Positions 13,050 to 26,548 of a stretch of 64,000 nt of DNA are shown here, piece after piece. The stretch comes from Chiloscyllium plagiosum (Eukaryota), in assembly GCF_004010195.1 (NCBI RefSeq), contig NC_057728.1:43555989-43619988 (forward strand). The letters are read 5' to 3'. Both the position numbers and the translations under genes were made by a program. Below the pieces are notes generated by a model, which worked only from the letters and a program-made list of their open reading frames with translations, did no database searches and was not told the DNA's origin. Every line of letters begins with the position of its first letter. The first letter of the stretch is position 1.

Positions 13050-14425
13050 TTAACAGAAATTACTGGGAAAATTCAGCAGCATCTGGCAGCATCTGTGGGA
13101 AGAAAGCAGAGTTAACATTTTAAATCTGATGATACTTCATCAGAACTGTTAGTAGCTAGGAAGAACAACAATGATAGGATCCCTTTGGTCCTCACTTACT
13201 ACCCCACTACCCTCCATGTTCCAAAGGATTATAAATCGTCATTTCCATTACCTCCATGAGTTGCCACAAGCAGGTACATATTCTTTCCTTCTTTGTCAGG
13301 ATTCTGCAGGTACCTTCCCTCTGGATACTCTGCTATATTCCTGCTCCATTCCCAACATTTATTCACAGTCGCATGTCAACTTTGCATAGACTCATAGAAG
13401 ATGTAATACCAGCCTGTTTACTTCCTCCCAGCTCACCAGCCAAGGCCCCAGACATACCACCAAGTTGAAGCAGTGATCCGCATGTACCTTACTCAATCTA
13501 GTCTATTGTATTTGCTGCTCACAATGTGGTCCCCTCTACATTGGGAGACGAAATGCAGGCTGAGTGACCACTTTGCAGAAACCCTATATTGTTCACAAAA
13601 ATGACCCCAATCTTTCAGTTGCCTGCCACTTCAACACACCAACATGTTCCCATGGCATCATTTCTGTCACAGGCCTGCTGCAGTGTTCCAGCGAGCCTCA
13701 GCACAAGCTCAAAGAATAACATCTCATTTTCCACTTGGAGACCCTGAAGGACTCAACATTGAGTTCAATAATTTTAGAACCTGAGTCCATCCATCCATAT
13801 TTTTTACCCACCTTATACCTGGTCCTGTTTGACATAAATTGCTTTTAGCACAGTCATCTATTCCCGGGTACTCCTAGGCTCATTATCACATTATGTGGGT
13901 TCCATTCAGAAAAGTCAACCCATTTTTTCACTCTTAGATCATGGAATCATAGAATCCCTACAGTGTGAAAACAGGCCATTCAGCCCATCAAGTCCACATG
14001 GACCCTCTGAAGAGCATCCTACCCTATCTGTAACTCTGCATTTCCCATGGCTAATCCACCTAACCTACACATCTTTGAACCATGGGAGGAAATTAGAACA
14101 TCTGGAAGAAACCCATGCAGACATAGGAAGAATGTGCAAACTTTAGAATTGAACCCAGATCCCTGGCGCTGTGAGGCAGCAATGCTAACCACTGAGCACC
14201 TTTATTTAGTTTTTCCTCTGTCCTAGCCTGCTCTCTATTAACCCCTTGTTTATGTTCCCCTTGCATATCTCTTCTTGTCTGTCTGGGCTCCATCATAAAA
14301 TCTGCTTTACCAAGCTGCTAACTGTTCTGATGAACAGTCACCAGACTCAAAATGTTAACTCTGCTTTCTTCCCACAATGTTGCCAGACCCTGCCAAATTT
14401 CTCCAGCAATTTCTGTTTTTGTTCC
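13050..14425 (+). mobile_element. Penelope-like element (family 3) with inverted termini and GIY-YIG remnant
   Basis: NLVYCICCSQCGPLYIG at about 13495-13545; 13050-13160 is the inverted copy of 14310-14425; degenerate hammerhead CTGATGA..AGTC-ACCA-GACT at 14327. Confidence 0.88.
13938..14200 (-). mobile_element. HE1-like SINE nested in the Penelope element
   Basis: Reverse-complement SINE head and tail. Confidence 0.88.
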
Positions 14426-15659
14426 ATATTTAATATTGATTCAAATTACTCTAACTCTGTCTTAGTTAAGTGAGTAAAGAATACTGGAGTTGGCCACCTC
14501 CTTCCTAGCTTTGTTGATGATGTACATAAATAATTAATATGTTGCCAACAGTAATAAAAATTCAGTGTTCAATGTGCTAATTTATGTGAAGTTACTTTGC
14601 ATCTCAGTGTAAAATGTGTGAAGAGGAAGTATTTTTGTTCTGTTAATTTAAACAAGAATGCGTCAACTGTCTAACTAACAATGAACAAGATGCCAAGAGT
14701 GCAAAGATTACATGCTCAAATACAACATGATAATGGCCCTGAAAATCCATAGGAATGTTCTGTCTGAAGAAGTAGAGCAAGATCAACTACAGTAATTTCT
14801 GGCCTAGAATCTCTCGAACATTCCCTCAATTCTGTATTTCTTCATTGGAAGTTCAGAACCCAGCTCTATCAGAAGTGCAGAACTATCAGAGAGCTCTGTC
14901 TCAAGTGGAGTAGAGTCGGGGAGAAGACACAACGTGTCCTCTATTTATAGCATCAGCAGCCTTCTGCTAAGTTATAAGTCCCATGTGAATGTTAGTGAAT
15001 GGGGAGTTGGTGAGTGAATCAGATAGTAGCTGGGTCATTTGATGAGGTGCTAGATGGCTGACGAGGTGGTGGTTAAGGAAGCAGGTGAGTAAGGCACACC
15101 TGGGTAGGGTTCCAGGTGAGTAATGTCATATTCGGGTCTTACAGATAGTTAGGGCTCAAGAAGTATTCAGGGGTCAGAGGGTTGGTCAGTGTGTTGTTAA
15201 AAAAAGGCTCAAAATGGAGTTGGGTGTCAATATCAATGATGGTGTCAATTCTGGTGTTACCCAGGACTTTGGGTAGTTTTTTGTAAATTAACATTTCCTG
15301 CATACTATTCAAGTAAGCAGAATAGAACTGTCCAAAGTCAGCAAAATCTGTGGAAATTTGCTCCATCTCCCAGAAATCCAGGGAATTGTCCATCAGAAGA
15401 TGAAATTTAGCAGGTAATTCCCACAATGGTCTGCATGCAGAACTTTCATGGGAAAATTTAGATGTCAGAAGTCAATAACAGGTCACCTCATTTTGATCAA
15501 GACTGTAAGAGATTATTAAATTCTGCATATATATCTTTAGTACTCACTGAGGATGATGTAGGGAATTAAGTAAAAAATGCATGACAGAACAATCACTCAT
15601 AGCTAGAAAATGCCATGAGCATTAGTTCTCTTTCGAAAAGCAAGCTAATTTTAGGAAAG

Positions 15660-16742
15660 GTAAAAACAATCACTGCAAATGCTGGAAACCAGATTCTGGA
15701 TTGGTGGTGCTGGAAGAGCACAGCAGTTCAGGCAGCATCCGAGGAGCAGTAAAATTGACATTTCGGGCAAAAGCCCTTCATCATAAATACAGGCAGAGAG
15801 CCTGAAGGATGGAGAGGGAAGTGAGAGGAGGGTGGGGGTGGGGAGAAAGTAGCATAGNNNNNNNNNNNNNNNNNNNNNNNNNNNNNNNNNNNNNNNNNNN
15901 NNNNNNNNNNNNNNNNNNNNNNNNNNNNNNNNNNNNNNNNNNNNNNNNNNNNNNNNNNNNNNNNNNNNNNNNNNNNNNNNNNNNNNNNNNNNNNNNNNNN
16001 NNNNNNNNNNNNNNNNNNNNNNNNNNNNNNNNNNNNNNNNNNNNNNNNNNNNNNNNNNNNNNNNNNNNNNNNNNNNNNNNNNNNNNNNNNNNNNNNNNNN
16101 NNNNNNNNNNNNNNNNNNNNNNNNNNNNNNNNNNNNNNNNNNNNNNNNNNNNNNNNNNNNNNNNNNNNNNNNNNNNNNNNNNNNNNNNNNNNNNNNNNNN
16201 NNNNNNNNNNNNNNNNNNNNNNNNNNNNNNNNNNNNNNNNNNNNNNNNNNNNNNNNNNNNNNNNNNNNNNNNNNNNNNNNNNNNNNNNNNNNNNNNNNNN
16301 NNNNNNNNNNNNNNNNNNNNNNNNNNNNNNNNNNNNNNNNNNNNNNNNNNNNNNNNNNNNNNNNNNNNNNNNNNNNNNNNGGGGCGTTCTGTCCTTGTTA
16401 CGGTTGGAGGGGTGGGATGTAGACGAGATGCTTTGGAGGGCATCTTTAACCACATGGGAAGGGAAATTGCGGTCTCTAAAGAAGGAGGCCATCTGGTGTG
16501 TTCTGTGGTGGAACTGGTCCTCCTGGGAGCAGATACGGCGGAGGCGGAGGAATTAGGAATACGGGATGGCATTTTTGCAGGAGGTAGGGTGGGAAGAGGT
16601 GTAATCCAGGTAGCTGTGGGAGTCGGTGGGTTTGTAAAAAATGTTGGTATCAAGTCGGTCGTCATTAATGGAGATGGAGAGATCCAGGAAGGGAAGGGAG
16701 GTGTCCGAGATGGTCCAGGTAAATTTAAGGTCAGGGTAAAGC
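15660..16742 (-). mobile_element. Penelope-like element, RT C-terminal region and terminus, spanning an N gap
   Basis: Minus strand LPFLDLSISINDDRLDTNIFYKPTDSHSYLDYTSSHP..KNAIPYSQFLRLRRICS; terminal repeat with a mutated hammerhead at about 15757-15784. Confidence 0.92.
15858..16380. other. Assembly gap (N run)
   Basis: Run of N. Confidence 1.
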
Positions 16743-16854
16743 TTCCCGTTGCCTGGTATGGATCAAAGTATGGATGCTCAGCAGAGCTAGGGCTGCACAA
16801 TGCCAAGCACCAATATATCTCATTGAACCTTATCTATTTACTATATTGTAAAAA

Positions 16855-17625
16855 TTCATTCATGGAATCCAGACATTACTGGCCTCGGCCGACATTTATT
16901 GTCCATCCCTAATTGGCCTATAGAAAGTATGCTGTCTTGAAACACTGCAGTTCTTGGCAGAGAGATGCATGCCCAGTGCAGTGAGGAGGAGAGTTTAATG
17001 ATTTTGACTCAGCAACAGTGAAGGAATGGCAATTTAGTTTTAAAATAGGATGGTACATGGCTTGGAGAGGAACTTACAGGTAGTGTTCACATACATCTGC
17101 TACCCTTGTCATTCTAGGTGTGAGATGTCACTGGTCTGGAAGGTGCTACTTGAGAAGCCTTAATGAGTTTCTGCAGATGGTACACACTTCTACCACTTGT
17201 CAAGCTTTTTGAGTGAAGTGGGAGCTTCACCCATCCAGCAAAGTGCAGAATATTCCATCATTCTCAGGACTTCTGCTGTGTAGGTGGTAGGGAACAGGCA
17301 TTGCTAGGACAGGATGCAATGAGTAACTGTCTGCAAAATTCCTTGCCTCTGATTTGCACTTGCAGCCACACTATTTATATGTCTATTCCAGTTCAGTTTG
17401 TCATCAATGGTAACCTACAGGATGTTGACAGTGCGGGATTTAGTGATGGCAACACCATCGAATATCAAGGTGAGATGGCTAGATTTGCTCTTAATGGAGA
17501 TGCTTATTGCTTGATACTGCTGTACTGTGAATACTACTTGCCACTTTGGAATCCAAGCCTGAATGTTGCCCAACTCTTGCTGCAAATGGATACGAGCTAC
17601 TTCAATATCTGAAGAGTCATAAATG
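16855..17625 (-). mobile_element. CR1-group LINE family B, 3' fragment
   Basis: ARIHLQQELGNIQAWIPKWQVVF on minus; 3' end CATTTATTGTCCATCCCTAATT shared with other family B copies. Confidence 0.8.
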
Positions 17626-18550
17626 GCATTGAATTTCAGTAACACACATGCCAGTAATATGTAAATTACCTCTCTCAGCCTGAACTCCATGGAAAATTTC
17701 CTCAAATAAGTCTGCCAAAGTTTAGATAGGCAGGTCCCAGCTAATTTTCTGTGTCTTTCACTGCACATTTGTCAGAATTACACTAAGGGCATTCCAAAAA
17801 GATTTGCGGATTTTCAGGTCAATGTATTAATAGATACCATTTTGAAACTGCATTCTCCATATATGTTAGGCATTAATCAAAGAACCAAATTAAAGCAAAT
17901 CAAAAATAGCATCTGTGGATTAAAATACCTTCAACCTTGTGACTAACAAATAATTTAAACAAATATGCTCAAATGGCAGCTAATATTTTAATAGTACAAT
18001 GAGATTCTGGAGAGTTGCAGATCCCTTGTTAATAAACTAAAATTAAGATTTTGATGTGTTGTAACAGAAATAATCCAGTGTAATATTCAGATTGAAACAC
18101 ATTCATATGTATTAAACATGTTGTTGATTCAAGAAGAGTTTGCAAAAGCTCATCAACTAAGACGGTATTTGTTGTGCTCTAATAATTGTTACCAATCGGT
18201 CACAATCTTTTCTAGTTTGGCCCCTTTCCCCAGTGTATGTTGAAATACTCACTAAAATACTCTGTAAATATTCAACAAGACCCCTGAAAGCCTTTCTCTT
18301 GGCTTCCCAAACAGAATGTCAGCTAGGAACATGTTTTCCAAGGTGTGCTAGTGGTGAACAATGCCCTTATTAATATATTCCAGCTGGTGTTGATATGGAC
18401 AAGTCAAACATGAACTGCATTAGGGCAGGCAAAAGAGATGGAAAGAATTTATGACAAACACCATTCACAAACACCATAAACTCACACCATTCCTTTTATC
18501 CCAGCAATATTCTTATAAACACCAATACCCTATTGAGCCACCGTACCTAC

Positions 18551-18840
18551 GGGCGGCACGGTGGCTCAGTGATTAGCACTGCTGCCTCACAGCACCAGGG
18601 TCCCAGGTTTGATTCTAGCCTCGGATGACTGTTTGTGTGTAGTTTGCACGTTCTCCCCCTATCTGTGTGGGTTTGCTCCAGTTTCCTCCCACAGTCCAAA
18701 GATGTGCAGGTCAGGTGAATTGGCCATGCTAAATTGCCCATAGTGTTAGGTGCATTAGGGTCTGGGTGGGTTACTCTTCGGAGGATCGATGTGGACCTGT
18801 TGGGCCAAAGGGCCTGTTTCCACACTGTAGAGAATCTAAG
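18551..18840 (+). mobile_element. HE1-like SINE
   Basis: GGGCGGCACGGTGGCTCAGTG head, B-box GGTTTGATTCTAG, tail GGGCCAAAGGGCCTGTTTCCACACTGTA. Confidence 0.93.
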
Positions 18841-19490
18841 ATTTACCCCCTCAACACAAGGCTTCTTGCTCAAGCTGGTTTCCTTTTGGTGAATTTCTGT
18901 GCATTCACTAGGTGATTTTTCTTCAGCTGGTATCTTTTTTTCTGAGACATCTAGAACAAACTTCAATTGAGACGCTATTATTTTAAGTACAGTACTAATA
19001 TGAGATGTCTAAAATCAGCTTCCAGAAATCTTGCAGGATTTCTTATGAGAGAGTTTAGTACTTTTGCACACACTGATTGACGCCTTCTAGACTTTTCTGA
19101 CTTTGTGTGTCCCCAGATCTGTTACTCAGCAACAGTTTATTTTTACCTCTTTTTTTCCTTGCATTAATCCACTTACACCCATTGCTTCATTTAAAGAGTT
19201 GTAAAACCTCATTGAAAATGCATGTATAAAAAAAGGCATCCTGAATCTCAAGCACCAAATCCACAAGAACATATTTAAAATGGAACTAAAACCATATATC
19301 CCACGTCATAAAACATAAAGTATAAAACATAAATTAAACTTAATGTAATACATTTTTTAATAGTTTTTGACACATTGCATTCACAGCACAGAGCACCCCT
19401 AGTTGAAGATGACTAGAAATCCAATGATTCCATGTTTCCTTGGGAATTATCCTTTAAATCCCAGCTTCAAAACTTACAGGATTAGTTTTT

Positions 19491-19705
19491 GGAGAAAGTG
19501 AGGACTACAGATGCTGGAGAGTCAGAGTCGAAAAGTGTGGCACTGGAAAAGCACAGGTCAGGCAACATCTGAGGAGCAGGAGAGTTGACGTTTGGGGAGG
19601 GGGGGGGGGGGGGGGTTTGGGTGATGGTAATAGGTCAGAGCGGAGGGTGGAGCGGTTAAGTGGACAGGTAGGAAAGTTTAAGAGGGTGGTGCTGAGTTGG
19701 AGCAT
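19491..19705 (-). mobile_element. Penelope-like terminal fragment (with poly-G run)
   Basis: GGAGAAAGTGAGGACTACAGATGCTGGAG terminus. Confidence 0.8.
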
Positions 19706-19857
19706 TGGAGTAGTTTTAGCCCTACTTGCAAAGCAACAGCTCTGTCGTGTAGTTAAATCATCTGTAATGTGACAAACATATCTCACAAGTTCCAATATTT
19801 GCCCTTTTCTTCTGAGTAAACAAAAGGAACATCCATTCGGAATTTGGCAAGGTTTTT

Positions 19858-20192
19858 AGGGTGGCACAGTGGTTAGCACTGCTACATGACAGTGCCAGGG
19901 ACTTGGGTTTGATTCCAGCCTTGGGTGACTCTGTGTGTGTGGAGTTTGCACATTCTCCTCGTGTCTGTGTGGGTTTCCTCCTGTTTTCTCCCACAGTCCA
20001 ATTTGTGCAGGTGAGGTGAATTGGCCATACTAAAATAAAAATTGCTCCATAGTGTTTAGGATTTGCAGGTTAGGTAGTTAGCCATGTTAAAAAAAACATA
20101 TGGGGTAATGGGGATGGGAATGGAATTGGTGTGGGTGGGATGCTCTTTGGAAAGTTGGCACTGACTCTGTCTGCACTTTAGGGATTCTATGC
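19858..20192 (+). mobile_element. HE1-like SINE (older)
   Basis: GTGGCACAGTGGTTAGCACTGCT head, conserved core, GGGATTCTATG tail. Confidence 0.88.
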
Positions 20193-20768
20193 TTCTGTTA
20201 ATGTGCAGATTTGCTCCAGCGAGGCCCAAGAACTATGTTTCTCTGAAAAGGGACTTCTGGTAAAGCAATTGGCTTTGAATAAATATGTGACCAGATTGGT
20301 TATGTGATAAATTATAGAAACAGGGCTAATCAAAAATTAGTCATGGATGCACTGGTTCCTCTGTCTAGGTCTATTCTGCAAGCTGGCTGCAGAGCAGGAA
20401 ACATTTCCTCAATCAGGATGCAGTGAAATACTGTGTGTTGGTTACAAAGTCCTAATTGCTTGTAAAATGAAATACTCCTAACAGTTGATTGAACTTCTGA
20501 GATAGTCAAGCTGAGAAGAGAGAAAAACTTCTTCGACTAAAAGTTAAAGCATACTATCAGGTACTACAGTCTAAACCAAGGCAGTTATGCTTAAGATATT
20601 AGCAAGGTTTATTGAATGAAGACTTCAGCAATAGCACTGAAGGCATATTGCAGAATCAGCTGCACCTTAAGTCAAACTGTTCCAGTACAGCTACAACACT
20701 TACAGGCAGCAATGTGGAAAGCTGCCCAAGTAAGTCCTTCCACAAAAAGCATGACAATTCCAACCCAG

Positions 20769-20886
20769 GAGAAAGTGAGGACTGCAGATGCTGGAGATCA
20801 GAGTCGAAGAGTGTGGTGCTGGAAAAACACAGGCTGTCACACAGCATTCGAGGAGCGGAAGAATTGATGTTTCATGCATAAACCCT
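20769..20886 (-). mobile_element. Penelope-like terminal fragment
   Basis: Terminus GAGAAAGTGAGGACTGCAGATGCTGGAG; flanking direct repeat CCAACCCAG. Confidence 0.85.
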
Positions 20887-20935
20887 CCAACCCAGCTAAT
20901 TACCACCCAAGAGTCTATACTCTATCATCTGCAAA

Positions 20936-21189
20936 GATAGAGAAGATTAGATTACTTACACACCGACCCGCCGAAGTGCAACCCACCCAGATCCATTCCC
21001 CTCCACCTAACACTACGGGCAATTTTAGCATGGCCAATTCACCTAACCCGCACATGTTTGGACTGTGGGAGGAAACCGGAGCACCCGGAGGAAACCCACA
21101 CAGACATGGGGAGAATGTGCAAACTTCACACAGTCAGTCGCCTGAGGCAGGAATTGAACCCAGCAGTGCTAACCACTGTGCCACCGTGC
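20936..21189 (-). mobile_element. HE1-like SINE with internal deletions
   Basis: GATTAGATTACTTACA tail (reverse) and head ending GCCACCGTGC. Confidence 0.9.
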
Positions 21190-21837
21190 ATCAACAGAGC
21201 TATTAAGTGGCATTTGATGAGCAATAACCTACTCACTGAAACTCAGTTTGGGTTTTGCTTCGGCTGCTCGGCTCTTGACCTCATTACAGCCAAAAGAGGT
21301 GAGGTGAGGTGAGAATTACTTTTCTCGACATCAAGGGAGTATTTGACCAAGTATGACACTAAGGAGCTCTAGCAAAACTGTAGTCAATGTGAATAGGGGG
21401 AGAACTGTCCACTTGTTGGCCTCAAACCTAGCACAAAGATTGTGGTTAGTGGAAATCAATCTTCTCAGTCCTGGGACATGACTGAAAGAGTTCCTCAGGG
21501 CAGTGTCCAAGGCCTAATCTTCCTTTGCTTTACTAATGATGCTCCTTCTATCATAAGATCTAAAGTGTGCGTCCTCTGATAATTGCACAATGTTCAATAT
21601 CATTCATGAGTCTTTTAACATTGAAGCAATCCATGCCCAAGTGCAGCATATTCTGGGCAACATTCAGCCTTTGAATGATAAGTGGAAAATAACATTTGTG
21701 CCTCATAAGTGCCAGATAATGACCATCGTCAACCAAATGGTATTTAACCATTTCACTCTGACATTCAGGGCATTACTGTCACTGAATCCCACAACGTCAA
21801 CATTCTGGGAGTTATCATTGATCACACACTGAACTGG

Positions 21838-21966
21838 GAGAAAGTGAGGACTGCAGAAGCTAGCGATCAGAGTTGAGAGTGTGGTGCTGAAAAAGCACAG
21901 CAGGTCAGGCAGCATCCGAGGAGCAGGAGAATCAATGTTGCAGGCGTAAGCCATTCATCAGGAATG
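21838..21966 (-). mobile_element. Penelope-like terminal fragment
   Basis: 11-bp TSD CACTGAACTGG (21827-21837, 21967-21977); degenerate hammerhead. Confidence 0.88.
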
Positions 21967-22219
21967 CACTGAACTGGACCAGCTATATACATATTGTGAC
22001 CACAAGGCTAGGACGCCACAATGTCTATTCACTATCTACAACGTACAATTCATGATTGTGATAGAATATTCTGCATTGCCTTGATGAGTGCAGTTTCAGT
22101 AACACTTAAGAAGTTCAACACCATCCAGGTCAAAACAGACTCCTTGATTGGTACCTTAATTACAATTCAGTTCCTCCACCATTCATGGACAGTGGCAACA
22201 GTGTCTATTGTCTATAAAT

Positions 22220-22460
22220 GAAAATAGAAAGTGATGGGGAAACTCACAGACTGGCATCATCTGTTTAGAGAGAAACAGAATTAATGTTTCAAGTCCAAAA
22301 TGACTTCTCCAGAAGAGACAGCACTCTGAAGAAGATTCATGCTAGACTCGAAATGTTAACTTTGTATCTCTCTTCACAGAGACTGCCACTTCTGCTTAGT
22401 TTATCCAGTACTTTTTCTTTTTATTTCAAAACTCAAGCATCTGCAGCACTTTGCTTTTAT
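22220..22460 (+). mobile_element. Old inverted-arm mini Penelope-like element
   Basis: 22225-22315 is an imperfect inverse of 22325-22420; hammerhead-like CTGAAGA..GACTC-GAAA-T-GTT at 22326-22357. Confidence 0.7.
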
Positions 22461-22694
22461 TTGTTGAGTCTATAAGGTGCATTGCAGCAACTCATAACAG
22501 TTCAGTCAATACTATTTTCCAAACTTGCAACCTCTACCACCTAGAAGAAAGTTGGCAGATGCATGGGAGCATGATCACATTACAAGATCCCCTTCAAAAT
22601 GCACAACATCCTGACTTGAAACTATATTGTCATTCCTTCAAATGTTCCTGGGTCAGTTCTTTAATTTCTTTCCGAACAGCCCTCTCAGTGTAGC

Positions 22695-22985
22695 CAATGG
22701 AAACAATGTGTACCCTGTCAATCCTTCAGAATCATGAGTTTCAATAAGATCTTTCCTTCTTTTAAACTTCAGAAACACAGACCCAGTCTACTTAGTGTCT
22801 CATTGTAGGTACAACTTCTCATTCCAGAAATCAATCTAGTGAGCCTTAGCTGTACAGTCTGTATAGCAAATATATTCTTCCTTAAAGATGGACAACAAAA
22901 TAGCTCACAATTCTCCAAATGCAGCTTGAACAAAGCCCTGTGCAATTGTGACAAGTTATCCTTATTCTTATGCTTCAATCATTAA
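22695..22985 (-). mobile_element. CR1 RT C-terminal fragment
   Basis: LSQLHRALFKLHLENCELFCCP..IQTVQLRLTRLI. Confidence 0.8.
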
Positions 22986-23724
22986 GACCATTGATTGATA
23001 CTTTAATTGGAGCCACTGAGAAGGCAGGTCAACATGTATTTCAAATCTAGTTGATCTAACCAGATTTAATAGGTAACTTTGTATCTCCTTTGGTGCACGC
23101 AAAGAAAGGCGAGACCACCCATACTGATGTAATTTGACAGCCAGCTTCCAATTCCCCTGACTAAATTGCAGGATGAATCTGACAGAAGATTTCAGATTAG
23201 GTCAGGAAAAAAAAAATCCAACCTCAGTTTACAAATGCAGAATGCTTTGCCTTCTATCTAGGTTGAAAATCAATTATGAATGATTTATATAACTACCGAA
23301 AATAACGCTTCATTGTAACTTTGACTATATTTTTCAGCTCTCTGCTCCCTTTTATTAAACTGGCATTACTGAAATTTCTACAATGTTCAAAAGCAATTCA
23401 TAGTTGCCCAAAATGTATATTCCAATAACATGTTAAGAGCATACATGCTTAGCCATTTTACTTAGACTTTAAAATTCAGTTCATTATTTCAAAGCAAAGC
23501 ATATTCTTCTCAGTTAGACCAAACAAACTGATCGAGCACTATTATGAATTTATTTATTTTGTGATCTTAAGCTAAAAAATAAAATTGGTCATGGAAATCC
23601 AAAAGATTTTGAGGAACTGAGGGGCTCTATTTAAAAAAAAACCAAAAACATTTTTAAGTACTGAAGTGAACACAGTAACAGAGCACTTCATTCTTATCAA
23701 GCATCCAATTTCTTACTTTAGGCT

Positions 23725-24017
23725 GGTTCTATTACCAGTAACCTTCTGTTTATCAATAATAATTAGCTTTAAAATGAAGGGTAGCATTGTCAATTCTAAT
23801 GTCAAATAACATCAGGTAACATCATACTAATATTTTAAATAAAGGATTGCACTAATCCCCTACTACAATAAGGTTCTATTACCAGTAACCTTCTGTTTAT
23901 CAATAATAAGTAGCTTTAAAATGATGAGTAGCATTGTCAATTCTAATGTCAAATAACATCAGGTAACATCATACTAATATTTTAAATAAAGGATTGCACT
24001 AATCCCCTACTACAATA
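23725..24017. repeat. Tandem duplication, 2 x about 146 bp
   Basis: 23725-23870 and 23872-24017 are nearly identical (GGTTCTATTACCAG...CTACTACAATA). Confidence 0.97.
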
Positions 24018-24231
24018 TCAGGCAGTCTATCCACTTGCAGAATACTGCACTGATATATCTATAATATACTGCATATTACAATTCTGGAAGCTTCCTAATT
24101 CCTGTAGTAACATTTTATTCATGTAAATTTAAAAATAAAAATATTTTAGTAACACTTATCTACATCTTTGTGATATACAATAATACCTCTTGTGATATTT
24201 TATAATATTTCCAAATATATCTAAAATATAA

Positions 24232-24332
24232 TACACAATACCAGGTTATAGTGGAAACACTCCAAATAAACCTGCTATATTATAACCTGGTGTTGTGTGA
24301 TTTTTAACTTTGCCTCACCCCACCATTCCAAA
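24232..24332. mobile_element. Short hairpin remnant of Penelope-like family 4
   Basis: ACACAATACCAGGTTATA...TATAACCTGGTGTTGTGT inverted repeat; same terminus as 50452-50779. Confidence 0.7.
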
Positions 24333-24761
24333 TCATAAAATATAATAGTAATTCTTGCTCCTGCTGTTGTTAATAGTAGCAAGAGGCAATGGTTACAGTG
24401 AGAGATGAAACATCCAGATCTGCTATCAGTTTGCCTTTTTGCCCTCTTTTTGCCTTTTCCAACTCAAATAAAATAATTTTATATGTCAAAATCAGAAATC
24501 CATTTCCCTTTCACTGTATTTCGTGCCCTGGAAATTCTGGTTCTCAAATGTGATGGACAAATGCAGTGCGAGAATTACACTTCCTGAAATTACAAGAAGC
24601 TGTCAGAAATCCTACTGCCTGCTAAGTTAAATAATCCTGGCAAACAAGAATGAGGTCCTGCCAGCAGGAAGTCAGACATGTTAAGAGCAGCTGGAAAATT
24701 CAGGAAGGAGCAAAGGACTGAATATAGTTGAACAGGTTAAACATAGGCTGATCACCACATT

Positions 24762-24961
24762 CAGGTCATTCTGCTATAACGTGACAGTTGTGTTCCTCTG
24801 CAAACCCATGCTATAGAAATTCACACTGTAGAAGATCGCTATAGAAAATCGCTATACCCGTTCAGCAGAAAGTTCATGTTATCCAAATATGGTCCACAAT
24901 TTGTCAATTGCATTATAGCCAATTTGCATTGACAAAATGTGCATTATACCAGAACAACCTG
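24762..24961. mobile_element. Tc1/mariner-pogo type MITE
   Basis: TIR CAGGTCATTCTGCTATAA...TTATACCAGAACAACCTG followed by TA; reverse copy at 60974. Confidence 0.85.
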
Positions 24962-26548
24962 TACCAGCCTCCCTTGGTTGATTAATCAGTACTCCTCCAT
25001 GTTGAACAACACTTGGAGGAACCACTGTGCTCTGGGTGTGGGATTTTAATGTCCACCAGGAGTGGCTCAGCAGCAGCACCACTGACTGAGCTGGTCAGGA
25101 CCTAAAGGACATATCTGCCAAAGTGACTTTGCAGCAGGTGGTGAATGAACCGACAAGAAGGAAAAACGTACTTGACCTCATATTTACCAATCTGTCGGCT
25201 GCGAATGCATCTGTCCATGACACTTTCAATTAAAGTAACCACTGCAGTCCTTGTGGAAACGAAGTCCCGCCTTCTGATTGAGAATACCCTCCATTGCAAT
25301 AGACATACCTAAAAATGAGGTAAAGGTACCAAACTACCTGCTTGCCAAACAATATAAGCAGCAAGTGATAAACAAAGCTCAGTGATCCCACAACCAATGG
25401 ATCAGGTCTAAGTTCTGCAGTCCTGCTACATCTAGTCATGAATGGTTGTGGACAATTAAACAACTCACTAAAAGAGAAGTCTCCACAAATATCCACATCC
25501 TCAATAATGGAAGAACCCTGAACATCAATTCAAAAGAGAAGGCTGAAGCACTGGCAGCAAACTTCAGCCAAAAGAGCCGAGTGAATGATCCAACTCGGCT
25601 TCCTGTAGCAGTGCCCATCATCACTCATACCAGTCTTCAGTTTATCACTCCATGTAACATTGAGAAATGGTTGGAGAGACTGAGTGCTGCAACGGCTCTG
25701 TGTTTGGAAAACATACCACCAGTAATAGTGATAACTACTGTCCCAAAACCTGCTGCTCACCTAGCCGCTCTTTTTCAGTACAGTTACAACACTGGCATCT
25801 ACCTGATAATATGGAAATTGTCAGTTATATCCTGTACACAAAAAGCAACACAAATCTAATCCAGCAAATTACTGCCCCTTCAGTCTACTCTCAATGATCA
25901 GTGAAGTGACAGAAGATATCATCAACAGTGCAATCAAGCAGCACCTGCTCAGCAATAACCTGCTCACTGATGCCGAGCTTTGGATTCTAAAGTAGACAGG
26001 CAGGAGGCTGAAAGCACACAGTAAGCCAGGCAGCATCAGGACGTGCAATGGTCGACATTTCAGGTGTAACCCTTCTTCAGTACTGGGGATGGATGTGAGG
26101 AGAGCTGCAGATAAAAGGGGTGGCAGGGGCAGGATGATGAAGTGGGGATAGGTGAAGACAAGTAGAGGGTATGATGTGGTTGGTCAATGGGAGGAATGAA
26201 TCCGGTTGGTGGCAGGGAGTGGTGGAAGAAATGGGGAGGGGGGGGGAGTCAGAGGATGGGGAGGGAGGTTATGTAGCATGTAGCTGTAACATGTCCAGGT
26301 GGAAGATAAGGTTTTGTTTTTCCAATAGGAGCTGTAGTTTGTTTTGGCAATGGATGAGGCCAAGGATGGTCATATCGGAAAGGGAGTGATTGGGGAAATT
26401 GAAACGGGCGGTGTCTGGGAGGTCTGATCAGCCCCTGCGGACCCGGCTGCGATGCTCGGTGAGCCATTCACTAAGTCTGTGTTTGGTCTCCCCGATGTAG
26501 AGAAGAGAACATTGGGAGCTCCTGATTCAGTAAACTAGCTTGGAAGAG

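Larger units (their letters stand above)
20600..22690 (+). mobile_element. CR1-group LINE family B ORF2 remnant with four nested insertions
   Basis: LDIKGVFDQV, VPQGSVQG, ILGNIQPLNDKWKITFVPHKCQ segments. Confidence 0.78.

Noticed and set aside
14730..15480. Possible non-autonomous DNA transposon with GT-rich interior
   Set aside because: Terminal inverted repeats and TSD could not be established
15728..16912. Long ORFs of 254-367 aa
   Set aside because: Length comes from the N gap; the real content is a Penelope RT fragment
19594..19615. Poly-G run as a G-quadruplex regulatory element
   Set aside because: It lies within a Penelope-like fragment; most simply a homopolymer expansion or sequencing artefact
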